This document shows, one piece after another, positions 1 to 14,400 of a DNA stretch of 51,019 nucleotides. The translations under genes were made by a program, and so were the position numbers. Each line of letters begins with the position of its first letter. Within the stretch, counting starts at the first letter, position 1. The notes beneath the pieces were generated by a model. That model searched no databases and was not told the origin of the DNA. It saw only the letters and a program-made list of their open reading frames with translations. Source of the stretch: Nemertoderma westbladi (Eukaryota; Animalia; Xenacoelomorpha); contig JAUCBJ010002132.1 of assembly GCA_032718475.1 (NCBI GenBank), positions 1 through 51,019 on the forward strand, read 5' to 3'.

Positions 1-654
1 AGTACCAGTGTTGTGTGTGGGTATGTATTCTGTGTTTAGTGTGGGGTGCTCATGCGTAATAAAGTGTTTTTCGCTTATTTTACGATCCGCCCAATCTTTG
101 CATTTACGCTTAATTAGTATTTTGAAGGGTTGTGGGTGATTGGCATGTCCGGGGTGTTTATCCAGGAAGTGTTGGCCGATGGCATCTGTACGGTTTCCAC
201 CGCGTACAGAGTTACGATGTCTGTTGCTACGTTCCCGTATGCGTCCTACTGTCTCGCCTATGTAGTTGGTTACGCGACTAATACATAGGTTGCAAACGAT
301 CTCGTACACCACATTCCTCACCATACCGTCTTTCGGACCGTTATTACACGTATAACACATGATATTGCGTGGGGTGGGGCATGGGTCTCCAGTTAAGCTA
401 GCCCGAACTAACAGTTGTTTAAGTTTGGGGCCCGGTTTACTGACTAGCCGTATGTTGGTGCGTAAGGGGGAAGCATTAACGATTTGCTGGGCGTGTCTAC
501 GCAGGTGTTGGTTAACGAACGGTATAACTAGAGGAACAGGGGCTCCGGTGGGGGCAGCATTACTATTGTTGTTATGTTGCGTGGGCGTGTTATGTGTGGT
601 TACACATAATATTTGGCGATTAAACTCTTTTTGGTTACCTGAAAAAGATCTTTT
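1..654 (-). mobile_element. Penelope-like retroelement fragment: C-terminal linker plus GIY-YIG endonuclease; ORF runs off the left window edge
   Basis: Manual minus-strand translation is stop-free from 654 to 1 (218 codons; absent from the ORF track because no stop lies in the window): ...PVPLVIPFV...KPGPKLKQLLVRASL...CPTPRNIMCYTC...RNVVYEIVCNLCISRVTNYIGETVGRIRERSNRH...AIGQHF...RKISEKHFITHEHPTLN. It shows the VVY...CxxC...YIGET...R..H...E...PxLN pattern of PLE GIY-YIG domains. In-frame TAG at 655-657; no RT seen upstream. Confidence 0.85.
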
Positions 655-716
655 CTACATACTACCCTTGGCGTTATGTTTCCACCGGTATTCAGGGCGA
701 GATCATTCCTTATTAA

Positions 717-898
717 GATCGTAACTTTAATACTCGATAGAGAGCACCCTTAAATTTACGATCGAAATGAATCGTAAGTTTACAATCAAAGGGTCTGACA
801 ATTTTTATGCATATCGATTTTGTTTACGATAGTCGTATCTGCTGAGATACGACGATCGGAGGATTACGACGGTCGTAAGTGTTTTATGCATACGGCCC
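717..898. mobile_element. Possible remnant end of a non-autonomous DNA transposon (Harbinger-like terminus)
   Basis: Repeated TTACGA/TCGTAA motifs ending in ...gtaagtgttttatgcatacggccc. No partner TIR found. Confidence 0.25.
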
Positions 899-1023
899 AT
901 TAATTTCAATAAAAATTACGCGATTCCTAAATTTGTACACTACCCGGTTAAAAAGTACGCAGTGATGGGATTAGTCCTACATTTGCGCCAATAAAAGTTA
1001 AGTTATTTTCGGTAATAACTATT

Positions 1024-1629
1024 TACATACTTGTGTGACTTTACGGTGTGATTATCCGAGTGCTTTGTTACACGAACGAACGTTAGTGAGTGAGTGAAAA
1101 TAAAGCCACGAGGATCAGAACACTGTAAAGTACTTTGCAACAAGTATGTATGTAGTTTTATTCCAAAATTTTAATATTACGAAATGATTGTACGTATACA
1201 TTATAAGTGATAGAAACTGCACAAATTATATTAGTTGCTGTATAAATAAATGTAAAAATGACATAAATTATTGTTATAAATAAGTTAGCTTATATTTATG
1301 GTGGCGTTTGGGTAATAATATAGCTAGGCCCTACTGGTTATTAATAGCTATACCCCGCCTACCGGTAGGTAATGCAGTAGGCCTATCTGGCTGTTAGGCA
1401 AATTTCCACCTATTGTTTACGTGGTAACCATGACGGCGTTAAGTAATGTCCACTAGGGGGACATTACTTAACTCCGTCATGGGTTACCACGTAAACAATA
1501 ACACCAAATACAATACTAAATGTACAGGCCAATACAATGCTGTAATGTCCTCTAAAGTTGTAAAGTGTTAAATAACAACTCGCTGTTAGTACTAACGGCG
1601 TTGAGTAATGTTACAATTTTGGAATAAAA
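1024..1629. mobile_element. Unclassified palindrome-rich non-autonomous element
   Basis: Inverted pairs: tacatacttgt 1024-1034 with acaagtatgta 1140-1150; actttacggtgt 1038-1049 with acactgtaaagt 1120-1131; ttttattccaaaatt 1156-1170 with aattttggaataaaa 1615-1629. Internal hairpins at 1411-1500 and 1581-1600. Confidence 0.45.
1411..1500. repeat. Near-perfect 90-nt inverted repeat (about 41-bp stem, 7-nt loop)
   Basis: Left arm tattgtttacgtggtaacc-atgacggcgttaagtaatgtcc versus the reverse complement of the right arm tattgtttacgtggtaacccatgacggagttaagtaatgtcc: one mismatch and one bulge. Confidence 0.9.
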
Positions 1630-2404
1630 TAAACTTATCATTCGAGGTTAAGACACCTAGATCCCTTCCTATAAAAGACGAATTTTCCCACTGTTCATCT
1701 GCCGATGGATGGACTATAGTCCATCATGTATATATATCTGCCATGCTTCAGCTTAAACTGATTAAAATCAAAGAACTGGAAGGACCAGGATATTTAATGT
1801 TTGAAGATGTAACCCCCTAGTGGTCAACAGACAAACTGTCATTACGTATGTAAACTTTGTAAACTCTGCAAAGGTTTTCATAGATACAGGAGACAGTGGG
1901 GAGAAACAAGCTTTCCAATATTACACCAACAGACAGACTGGTAGACCGACCGAAATACAGACATTTTGATTTTACTGTCACCCGTGTGTTAAATTCGATT
2001 ACTTTCGTGGCTCGCCCCAGAACTCATTGATAAAATATAGTTTGTTATAAAATTGTTGGAATGTTTCAATAAATTATAGACTTACTACTCTAAAACGACT
2101 AGGTTATTTTGGTTGTTCACATGGTCCCGAGTTCACATGTAAATATAAAAGATATATAAAGGAGTGAAATCTAAGAGAAATAATAATAACAACAATCGCT
2201 AAATCGCACAAAGGTCCTCGTCTTCTAACGCATGAACTGTTTCCTTCAATGGCTTACTAACAAAAAATTCAACGGAAAAGGGTTCTATACCTAGAGATTC
2301 CAAATCCCACGCTCTACAAACTTCGCCAAAGTGCCGTATGAAGCCTTATAAAACCAAAACCCTAACTGGAAATTAACAACAACAACAAAAATAACAACGG
2401 AGTG

Positions 2405-5400
2405 AATGAATACTAGAGGTCTCGCTATGCGGACCTAATGAATACTAGAGCACTAGAGGTCTCGCTATGCGGACCTAATGAATACTAGAGCACTAGAGGT
2501 CTCGCTATACGGACCTAATGAATACTAGAGCACTAGAGGTCTCGCTATGCGGACCTAATGAATACTAGAGCACTAGAGGTCTCGCTATGCGGACCTAATG
2601 AATACTAGAGCACTAGAGGTCTCGCTATGCGGACCTAATGAATACTAGAGCACTAGAGGTCTCGCTATACGGACCTAATGAATACTAGAGCACTAGAGGT
2701 CTCGCTATGCGGACCTAATGAATACTAGAGCACTAGAGGTCTCGCTATGCGGACCTAATGAATACGAGAGCACTAGAGGTCTCGCTATGCGGACCTAATG
2801 AATACTAGAGCACTAGAGGTCTCGCTATGCGGACCTAATGAATACTAGAGCACTAGAGGTCTCGCTATGCGGACCTAATGAATACTAGAGCACTAGAGGT
2901 CTCGCTATGCGGACCTAATGAATACTAGAGCACTAGAGGTCTCGCTATGCGGACCTAATGAATACGAGAGCACTAGAGGTCTCGCTATGCGGACCTAATG
3001 AATACTAGAGCACTAGAGGTCTCGCTATGCGGACCTAATGAATACTAGAGCACTAGAGGTCTCGCTATGTGGACCTAATGAATACGAGAGCACTAGAGGT
3101 CTCGCTATGCGGACCTAATGAATACTAGAGCACTAGAGGTCTCGCTATGCGGACCTAATGAATACTAGAGCACTAGAGGTCTCGCTATGCGGACCTAATG
3201 AATACTAGAGCACTAGAGGTCTCGCTATGCGGACCTAATGAATACTAGAGCACTAGAGGTCTCGCTATGCGGACCTAATGAATACTAGAGCACTAGAGGT
3301 CTCGCTATGCGGACCTAATGAATACTAGAGCACTAGAGGTCTCGTTATGGGACCTAATGAATACTAGAGCACTAGAGGTCTCGCTATGCGGACCTAATGA
3401 ATACTAGAGCACTAGAGGTCTCGCTATGCGGACCTAATGAATACTAGAGCACTAGAGGTCTCGCTATGCGGACCTAATGAATACTAGAGCACTAGAGGTC
3501 TCGTTATGCGGACCTAATGAATACTAGAGCACTAGAGGTCTCGCTATGCGGACCTAATGAATACTAGAGCACTAGAGGTCTCGCTATGCGGACCTAATGA
3601 ATACTAGAGCACTAGAGGTCTCGCTATGGGACCTAATGAATACTAGAGCACTAGAGGTCTCGCTATGCGTACCTAATGAATACTAGAGCACTAGAGGTCT
3701 CGCTATGCGGACCTAATGAATACTAGAGCACTAGAGGTCTCGCTATGCGGACCTAATGAATACTAGAGCACTAGAGGTCTCGCTATGCGTACCTAATGAA
3801 TACTAGAGCACTAGAGGTCTCGCTATGCGTACCTAATGAATACTAGAGCACTAGAGGTCTCGCTATGCGTACCTAATGAATACTAGAGCACTAGAGGTCT
3901 CGCTATGCGGACCTAATGAATACTAGAGCACTAGAGGTCTCGCTATGCGTACCTAATGAATACTAGAGCACTAGAGGTCTCGTTATGCGGACCTAATGAA
4001 TACTAGAGCACTAGAGGTCTCGCTATGGGACCTAATGAATACGAGAGCACTAGAGGTCTCGCTATGCGTACCTAATGAATACTAGAGCACTAGAGGTCTC
4101 GTTATGCGGACCTAATGAATACTAGAGCACTAGAGGTCTCGCTATGGGACCTAATGAATACTAGAGCACTAGAGGTCTCGCTATGCGTACCTAATGAATA
4201 CTAGAGCACTAGAGGTCTCGTTATGCGGACCTAATGAATACTAGAGCACTAGAGGTCTCGCTATGCGGACCTAATGAATACTAGAGCACTAGAGGTCTCG
4301 CTATGCGTACCTAATGAATACTAGAGCACTAGAGGTCTCGCTATGCGGACCTAATGAATACTAGAGCACTAGAGGTCTCGTTATGCGGACCTAATGAATA
4401 CTAGAGCACTAGAGGTCTCGCTATGGGACCTAATGAATACGAGAGCACTAGAGGTCTCGTTATGCGTACCTAATGAATACTAGAGCACTAGAGGTCTCGC
4501 TATGCGGACCTAATGAATACGAGAGCACTAGAGGTCTCGCTATGCGGACCTAATGAATACTAGAGCACTAGAGGTCTCGCTATGCGTACCTAATGAATAC
4601 TAGAGCACTAGAGGTCTCGTTATGCGGACCTAATGAATACTAGAGCACTAGAGGTCTCGCTATGGGACCTAATGAATACGAGAGCACTAGAGGTCTCGCT
4701 ATGCGTACCTAATGAATACTAGAGCACTAGAGGTCTCGTTATGCGGACCTAATGAATACTAGAGCACTAGAGGTCTCGCTATGCGGACCTAATGAATACT
4801 AGAGCACTAGAGGTCTCGCTATGCGGACCTAATGAATACTAGAGCACTAGAGGTCTCGCTATGCGTACCTAATGAATACTAGAGCACTAGAGGTCTCGCT
4901 ATGCGGACCTAATGAATACTAGAGGTCTCGCTATGCGGACCTAATGAATACTAGAGCACTAGAGGTCTCGCTATGCGGACCTAATGAATACTAGAGCACT
5001 AGAGGTCTCGCTATGCGGACCTAATGAATACTAGAGCACTAGAGGTCTCGCTATGCGGACCTAATGAATACTAGAGCACTAGAGGTCTCGCTATGGGACC
5101 TAATGAATACGAGAGCACTAGAGGTCTCGTTATGCGGACCTAATGAATACTAGAGCACTAGAGGTCTCGCTATGCGGACCTAATGAATACTAGAGCACTA
5201 GAGGTCTCGCTATGCGGACCTAATGAATACTAGAGCACTAGAGGTCTCGCTATGCGGACCTAATGAATACTAGAGCACTAGAGGTCTCGCTATGCGGACC
5301 TAATGAATACTAGAGCACTAGAGGTCTCGCTATGCGGACCTAATGAATACTAGAGCACTAGAGGTCTCGCTATGCGGACCTAATGAATACTAGAGCACTA

Positions 5401-8400
5401 GAGGTCTCGCTATGCGTACCTAATGAATACTAGAGCACTAGAGGTCTCGCTATGCGGACCTAATGAATACTAGAGCACTAGAGGTCTCGCTATGCGTACC
5501 TAATGAATACTAGAGCACTAGAGGTCTCGTTATGCGGACCTAATGAATACTAGAGCACTAGAGGTCTCGCTATGGGACCTAATGAATACGAGAGCACTAG
5601 AGGTCTCGCTATGCGTACCTAATGAATACTAGAGCACTAGAGGTCTCGTTATGCGGACCTAATGAATACTAGAGCACTAGAGGTCTCGCTATGCGGACCT
5701 AATGAATACTAGAGCACTAGAGGTCTCGCTATGCGGACCTAATGAATACTAGAGCACTAGAGGTCTCGCTATGGGACCTAATGAATACTAGAGCACTAGA
5801 GGTCTCGCTATGCGTACCTAATGAATACTAGAGCACTAGAGGTCTCGCTATGCGGACCTAATGAATACGAGAGCACTAGAGGTCTCGTTATGCGGACCTA
5901 ATGAATACTAGAGCACTAGAGGTCTCGCTATGGGACCTAATGAATACTAGAGCACTAGAGGTCTCGCTATGCGTACCTAATGAATACTAGAGCACTAGAG
6001 GTCTCGCTATGCGGACCTAATGAATACTAGAGCACTAGAGGTCTCGTTATGCGGACCTAATGAATACTAGAGCACTAGAGGTCTCGCTATGGGACCTAAT
6101 GAATACTAGAGCACTAGAGGTCTCGTTATGCGGACCTAATGAATACGAGAGCACTAGAGGTCTCGCTATGCGGACCTAATGAATACTAGAGCACTAGAGG
6201 TCTCGCTATGCGGACCTAATGAATACTAGAGCACTAGAGGTCTCGCTATGCGGACCTAATGAATACTAGAGCACTAGAGGTCTCGCTATGCGGACCTAAT
6301 GAATACGAGAGCACTAGAGGTCTCGCTATGCGGACCTAATGAATACGAGAGCACTAGAGGTCTCGCTATGCGGACCTAATGAATACTAGAGCACTAGAGG
6401 TCTCGCTATGCGGACCTAATGAATACTAGAGCACTAGAGGTCTCGCTATGCGGACCTAATGAATACTAGAGCACTAGAGGTCTCGCTATGCGGACCTAAT
6501 GAATACTAGAGCACTAGAGGTCTCGCTATGCGGACCTAATGAATACGAGAGCACTAGAGGTCTCGCTATGCGACCTAATGAATACTAGAGCACTAGAGGT
6601 CTCGCTATGCGGACCTAATGAATACTAGAGCACTAGAGGTCTCGCTATGCGTACCTAATGAATACGAGAGCACTAGAGGTCTCGTTATGCGGACCTAATG
6701 AATACGAGAGCACTAGAGGTCTCGCTATGGGACCTAATGAATACTAGAGTACTAGAGGTCTCGCTATGCGTACCTAATGAATACTAGAGCACTAGAGGTC
6801 TCGCTATGCGGACCTAATGAATACGAGAGCACTAGAGGTCTCGTTATGCGGACCTAATGAATACGAGAGCACTAGAGGTCTCGCTATGGGACCTAATGAA
6901 TACTAGAGTACTAGAGGTCTCGCTATGCGGACCTAATGAATACTAGAGCACTAGAGGTCTCGTTATGCGGACCTAATGAATACGAGAGCACTAGAGGTCT
7001 CGTTATGCGGACCTAATGAATACTAGAGCACTAGAGGTCTCGCTATGCGGACCTAATGAATACGAGAGCACTAGAGGTCTCGTTATGCGGACCTAATGAA
7101 TACTAGAGCACTAGAGGTCTCGTTATGTGGACCTAATGAATACGAGAGCACTAGAGGTCTCGCTATGCGTACCTAATGAATACTAGAGCACTAGAGGTCT
7201 CGCTATGCGGACCTAATGAATACGAGAGCACTAGAGGTCTCGTTATGCGGACCTAATGAATACTAGAGCACTAGAGGTCTCGCTATGCGGACCTAATGAA
7301 TACTAGAGCACTAGAGGTCTCGTTATGCGGACCTAATGAATACGAGAGCACTAGAGGTCTCGTTATGCGGACCTAATGAATACTAGAGCACTAGAGGTCT
7401 CGCTATGCGGACCTAATGAATACTAGAGTACTAGAGGTCTCGCTATGGGACCTAATGAATACTAGAGTACTAGAGGTCTCGTTATGTGGACCTAATGAAT
7501 ACGAGAGCACTAGAGGTCTCGTTATGCGGACCTAATGAATACTAGAGCACTAGAGGTCTCGCTATGCGGACCTAATGAATACTAGAGCACTAGAGGTCTC
7601 GCTATGCGGACCTAATGAATACTAGAGCACTAGAGGTCTCGTTATGCGGACCTAATGAATACTAGAGCACTAGAGGTCTCGCTATGCGGACCTAATGAAT
7701 ACTAGAGCACTAGAGGTCTCGCTATGCGGACCTAATGAATACTAGAGCACTAGAGGTCTCGCTATGCGGACCTAATGAATACTAGAGCACTAGAGGTCTC
7801 GCTATGCGGACCTAATGAATACTAGAGCACTAGAGGTCTCGCTATGCGGACCTAATGAATACAAGAGCACTAGAGGTCTCGCTATGCGGACCTAATGAAT
7901 ACTAGAGCACTAGAGGTCTCGCTATGCGGACCTAATGAATACTAGAGTACTAGAGGTCTCGTTATGTGGACCTAATGAATACGAGAGCACTAGAGGTCTC
8001 GTTATGCGGACCTAATGAATACTAGAGCACTAGAGGTCTCGCTATGCGGACCTAATGAATACTAGAGCACTAGAGGTCTCGTTATGCGGACCTAATGAAT
8101 ACTAGAGCACTAGAGGTCTCGCTATGCGGACCTAATGAATACTAGAGTACTAGAGGTCTCGTTATGTGGACCTAATGAATACGAGAGCACTAGAGGTCTC
8201 GCTATGCGGACCTAATGAATACTAGAGCACTAGAGGTCTCGCTATGCGGACCTAATGAATACGAGAGCACTAGAGGTCTCGCTATGCGGACCTAATGAAT
8301 ACTAGAGCACTAGAGGTCTCGTTATGGGACCTAATGAATACGAGAGCACTAGAGGTCTCGCTATGCGGACCTAATGAATACTAGAGCACTAGAGGTCTCG

Positions 8401-11400
8401 CTATGCGGACCTAATGAATACTAGAGCACTAGAGGTCTCGTTATGCGGACCTAATGAATACAGAGCACTAGAGGTCTCGCTATGGGACCTAATGAATACT
8501 AGAGCACTAGAGGTCTCGCTATGCGGACCTAATGAATACGAGAGCACTAGAGGTCTCGCTATGCGGACCTAATGAATACTAGAGCACTAGAGGTCTCGTT
8601 ATGCGGACCTAATGAATACTAGAGCACTAGAGGTCTCGCTATGGGACCTAATGAATACTAGAGCACTAGAGGTCTCGCTATGCGGACCTAATGAATACGA
8701 GAGCACTAGAGGTCTCGTTATGCGGACCTAATGAATACTAGAGCACTAGAGGTCTCGCTATGCGGACCTAATGAATACTAGAGCACTAGAGGTCTCGCTA
8801 TGCGGACCTAATGAATACTAGAGCACTAGAGGTCTCGTTATGTGGACCTAATGAATACGAGAGCACTAGAGGTCTCGCTATGCGGACCTAATGAATACTA
8901 GAGCACTAGAGGTCTCGCTATGCGGACCTAATGAATACGAGAGCACTAGAGGTCTCGTTATGCGGACCTAATGAATACTAGAGCACTAGAGGTCTCGCTA
9001 TGGGACCTAATGAATACTAGAGCACTAGAGGTCTCGCTATGCGGACCTAATGAATACTAGAGCACTAGAGGTCTCGTTATGCGGACCTAATGAATACTAG
9101 AGCACTAGAGGTCTCGCTATGCGGACCTAATGAATACGAGAGCACTAGAGGTCTCGCTATGCGGACCTAATGAATACTAGAGCACTAGAGGTCTCGCTAT
9201 GCGGACCTAATGAATACTAGAGCACTAGAGGTCTCGTTATGCGGACCTAATGAATACTAGAGCACTAGAGGTCTCGCTATGCGGACCTAATGAATACTAG
9301 AGCACTAGAGGTCTCGCTATGCGGACCTAATGAATACGAGAGCACTAGAGGTCTCGCTATGCGGACCTAATGAATACTAGAGCACTAGAGGTCTCGTTAT
9401 GCGGACCTAATGAATACTAGAGCACTAGAGGTCTCGCTATGCGGACCTAATGAATACGAGAGCACTAGAGGTCTCGCTATGCGTACCTAATGAATACTAG
9501 AGCACTAGAGGTCTCGCTATGCGGACCTAATGAATACGAGAGCACTAGAGGTCTCGTTATGCGGACCTAATGAATACTAGAGCACTAGAGGTCTCGCTAT
9601 GGGACCTAATGAATACTAGAGCACTAGAGGTCTCGCTATGGGACCTAATGAATACTAGAGCACTAGAGGTCTCGCTATGCGGACCTAATGAATACTAGAG
9701 CACTAGAGGTCTCGCTATGCGGACCTAATGAATACTAGAGGTCTCGCTATGCGGCCTAATGAATACTAGAGCACTAGAGGTCTCGTTATGTGGACCTAAT
9801 GAATACGAGAGCACTAGAGGTCTCGCTATGGGACCTAATGAATACTAGAGCACTAGAGGTCTCGCTATGCGGCCCTAATGAATACTAGAGCACTAGAGGT
9901 CTCGCTATGCGGACCTAATGAATACTAGAGGTCTCGCTATGCGGGCCTAATGAATACTAGAGCACTAGAGGTCTCGCTATGCGTACCTAATGAATACTAG
10001 AGCACTAGAGGTCTCGCTATGCGTACCTAATGAATACTAGAGCACTAGAGGTCTCGCTATGCGGACCTAATGAATACTAGAGCACTAGAGGTCTCGCTAT
10101 GCGGACCTAATGCAAGGTCTCGCTATGCGGCCTAATGAATACTAGAGCACTAGAGGTCTCGCTATGCGTACCTAATGAATACTAGAGCACTAGAGGTCTC
10201 GCTATGCGTACCTAATGAATACTAGAGCACTAGAGGTCTCGCTATGGGACCTAATGAATACTAGAGCACTAGAGGTCTCGCTATGCGTACCTAATGAATA
10301 CTAGAGCACTAGAGGTCTCGTTATGCGGACCTAATGAATACTAGAGCACTAGAGGTCTCGCTATGGGACCTAATGAATACTAGAGCACTAGAGGTCTCGC
10401 TATGCGTACCTAATGAATACTAGAGCACTAGAGGTCTCGTTATGCGGACCTAATGAATACTAGAGCACTAGAGGTCTCGCTATGCGGACCTAATGAATAC
10501 TAGAGCACTTAGAGGTCTCACTATGCGGGCCTAATGAATACTAGAGCACTAGAGGTCTCGCTATGGGACCTAATGAATACTAGAGCACTAGAGGTCTCGC
10601 TATGCGTACCTAATGAATACTAGAGCACTAGAGGTCTCGCTATGCGTACCTAATGAATACCAGAGCACTAGAGGTCTCGTTATGCGGACCTAATGAATAC
10701 TAGAGCACTAGAGGTCTCGCTATGGGACCTAATGAATACTAGAGTACTAGAGGTCTCGCTATGGGACCTAATGAATACTAGAGCACTAGAGGTCTCGCTA
10801 TGCGTACCTAATGAATACTAGAGCACTAGAGGTCTCGCTATGGGACCTAATGAATACTAGAGCACTAGAGGTCTCGCTATGCGTACCTAATGAATACTAG
10901 AGCACTAGAGGTCTCGCTATGCGGACCTAATGAATACTAGAGCACTAGAGGTCTCGTTATACGGACCTAATGAATACTAGAGCACTAGAGGTCTCGTTAT
11001 ACGGACCTAATGAATACTAGAGCACTAGAGGTCTCGCTATGGGACCTAATGAATACTAGAGTACTAGAGGTCTCGTTATGCGGACCTAATGAATACGAGA
11101 GCATTAGAGGTCTCGCTATGCGGACCTAATGAATACTAGAGCACTAGAGGTCTCGCTATGCGGACCTAATGAATACAAGGGCACTAGAGGTCTCGCTCTG
11201 CGGGCCTAATGAATACGAGAGCACTAGAGGTCTCGCTATGGGACCTAATGAATACTAGAGTACTAGAGGTCTCGCTATGCGGACCTAATGAATACGAGAG
11301 CACTAGAGGTCTCGTTATGCGGACCTAATGAATACGAGAGCACTAGAGGTCTCGCTATGCGGACCTAATGAATACTAGAGCACTAGAGGTCTCGCTATGC

Positions 11401-14400
11401 GGACCTAATGAATACTAGGGCACTAGAGGTCTCGCTCTGCGGGCCTAATGAATACGAGAGCACTAGAGGTCTCGCTATGGGACCTAATGAATACTAGAGT
11501 ACTAGAGGTCTCGCTATGCGGACCTAATGAATACGAGAGCACTAGAGGTCTCGTTATGCGGACCTAATGAATACGAGAGCACTAGAGGTCTCGCTATGCG
11601 GACCTAATGAATACTAGAGTACTAGAGGTCTCGTTATGCGGACCTAATGAATACGAGAGCACTAGAGGTCTCGCTATGGGACCTAATGAATACGAGAGCA
11701 CTAGAGGTCTCGCTATGGGACCTAATGAATACTAGAGCACTAGAGGTCTCGCTATGCGGACCTAATGAATACTAGAGCACTAGAGGTCTCGTTATGCGGA
11801 CCTAATGAATACGAGAGCACTAGAGGTCTCGCTATGGGACCTAATGAATACTAGAGTACTAGAGGTCTCGCTATGCGGACCTAATGAATACTAGAGCACT
11901 AGAGGTCTCGTTATGCGGACCTAATGAATACGAGAGCACTAGAGGTCTCGTTATGCGGACCTAATGAATACGAGAGCACTAGAGGTCTCGCTATGGGACC
12001 TAATGAATACTAGAGCACTAGAGGTCTCGCTATGCGTACCTAATGAATACTAGAGCACTAGAGGTCTCGCTATGCGTACCTAATGAATACTAGAGCACTA
12101 GAGGTCTCGCTATGCGGACCTAATGAATACTAGAGCACTAGAGGTCTCGCTATGCGGACCTAATGAATACGAGAGCACTAGAGGTCTCGCTATGCGGACC
12201 TAATGAATACTAGAGTACTAGAGGTCTCGCTATGCGGACCTAATGAATACGAGAGCACTAGAGGTCTCGCTATGCGGACCTAATGAATACGAGAGCACTA
12301 GAGGTCTCGCTATGGGACCTAATGAATACTAGAGTACTAGAGGTCTCGCTATGCGTACCTAATGAATACTAGAGCACTAGAGGTCTCGTTATGCGGACCT
12401 AATGAATACGAGAGCACTAGAGGTCTCGCTATGGGACCTAATGAATACTAGAGCACTAGAGGTCTCGCTATGCGTACCTAATGAATACTAGAGCACTAGA
12501 GGTCTCGCTATGCGTACCTAATGAATACTAGAGCACTAGAGGTCTCGCTATGCGTACCTAATGAATACTAGAGCACTAGAGGTCTCGCTATACGGACCTA
12601 ATGAATACTAGAACACTAGAGGTCTCGCTATGGGACCTAATGAATACTAGAGTACTAGAGGTCTCGTTATGCGGACCTAATGAATACGAGAGCATTAGAG
12701 GTCTCGTTATGCGGACCTAATGAATACTAGAGCACTAGAGGTCTCGCTATGCGTACCTAATGAATACTAGAGCACTAGAGGTCTCGCTATGCGGACCTAA
12801 TGAATACTAGAGCACTAGAGGTCTCGCTATGCGGACCTAATGAATACGAGAGCACTAGAGGTCTCGTTATGCGGACCTAATGAATACGAGAGCACTAGAG
12901 GTCTCGCTATGGGACCTAATGAATACTAGAGTACTAGAGGTCTCGCTATGCGTACCTAATGAATACTAGAGCACTAGAGGTCTCGCTATGGGACCTAATG
13001 AATACTAGAGCACTAGAGGTCTCGCTATGCGGACCTAATGAATACGAGTGCACTAGAGGTCTCGTTATGCGGACCTAATGAATACGAGAGCACTAGAGGT
13101 CTCGCTATGGGACCTAATGAATACTAGAGTACTAGAGGTCTCGCTATGCGTACCTAATGAATACTAGAGCACTAGAGGTCTCGCTATGCGGACCTAATGA
13201 ATACGAGTGCACTAGAGGTCTCGTTATGCGGACCTAATGAATACGAGAGCACTAGAGGTCTCGCTATGGGACCTAATGAATACTAGAGTACTAGAGGTCT
13301 CGCTATGCGTACCTAATGAATACTAGAGCACTAGAGGTCTCGCTATGCGGACCTAATGAATACGAGAGCACTAGAGGTCTCGCTATACGGACCTAATGAA
13401 TACGAGAGCACTAGAGGTCTCGCTATGGGACCTAATGAATACGAGTGCACTAGAGGTCTCGTTATGCGGACCTAATGAATACGAGAGCACTAGAGGTCTC
13501 GCTATGGGACCTAATGAATACTAGAGTACTAGAGGTCTCGCTATGCGTACCTAATGAATACTAGAGCACTAGAGGTCTCGCTATGCGGACCTAATGAATA
13601 CTAGAGCACTAGAGGTCTCGCTATGCGGACCTAATGAATACGAGAGCACTAGAGGTCTCGCTATGGGACCTAATGAATACTAGAGTACTAGAGGTCTCGC
13701 TATGCGTACCTAATGAATACTAGAGCACTAGAGGTCTCGCTATGCGGACCTAATGAATACGAGTGCACTAGAGGTCTCGTTATGCGGACCTAATGAATAC
13801 GAGAGCACTAGAGGTCTCGCTATGGGACCTAATGAATACTAGAGTACTAGAGGTCTCGCTATGCGTACCTAATGAATACTAGAGCACTAGAGGTCTCGCT
13901 ATGCGGACCTAATGAATACGAGTGCACTAGAGGTCTCGTTATGCGGACCTAATGAATACGAGAGCACTAGAGGTCTCGCTATGGGACCTAATGAATACTA
14001 GAGTACTAGAGGTCTCGCTATGCGGACCTAATGAATACTAGAGCACTAGAGGTCTCGCTATGGGACCTAATGAATACTAGAGTACTAGAGGTCTCGCTAT
14101 GCGTACCTAATGAATACTAGAGCACTAGAGGTCTCGCTATGGGACCTAATGAATACTAGAGTACTAGAGGTCTCGCTATGGGACCTAATGAATACTAGAG
14201 TACTAGAGGTCTCGCTATGGGACCTAATGAATACGAGTGCACTAGAGGTCTCGTTATGCGGACCTAATGAATACGAGAGCACTAGAGGTCTCGCTATGGG
14301 ACCTAATGAATACTAGAGCACTAGAGGTCTCGCTATGCGTACCTAATGAATACTAGAGCACTAGAGGTCTCGCTATGCGGACCTAATGAATACTAGAGCA

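Noticed and set aside
359-724. 121-aa plus-strand ORF
   Set aside because: Antisense shadow of the Penelope ORF.
2086-2170. Candidate next titin exon (tttctcttag ... gtaagt on the minus strand)
   Set aside because: The phase-1 reading hits TGA, and there is no Ig-like sequence.
2199-2345. Minus-strand peptide RAWDLESLGIEP, resembling a BEL/Pao motif
   Set aside because: Single short motif flanked by stops, with no other LTR-element features.
14097-14316. Small ORFs in the 40-bp satellite
   Set aside because: By-product of consecutive 39-bp units.
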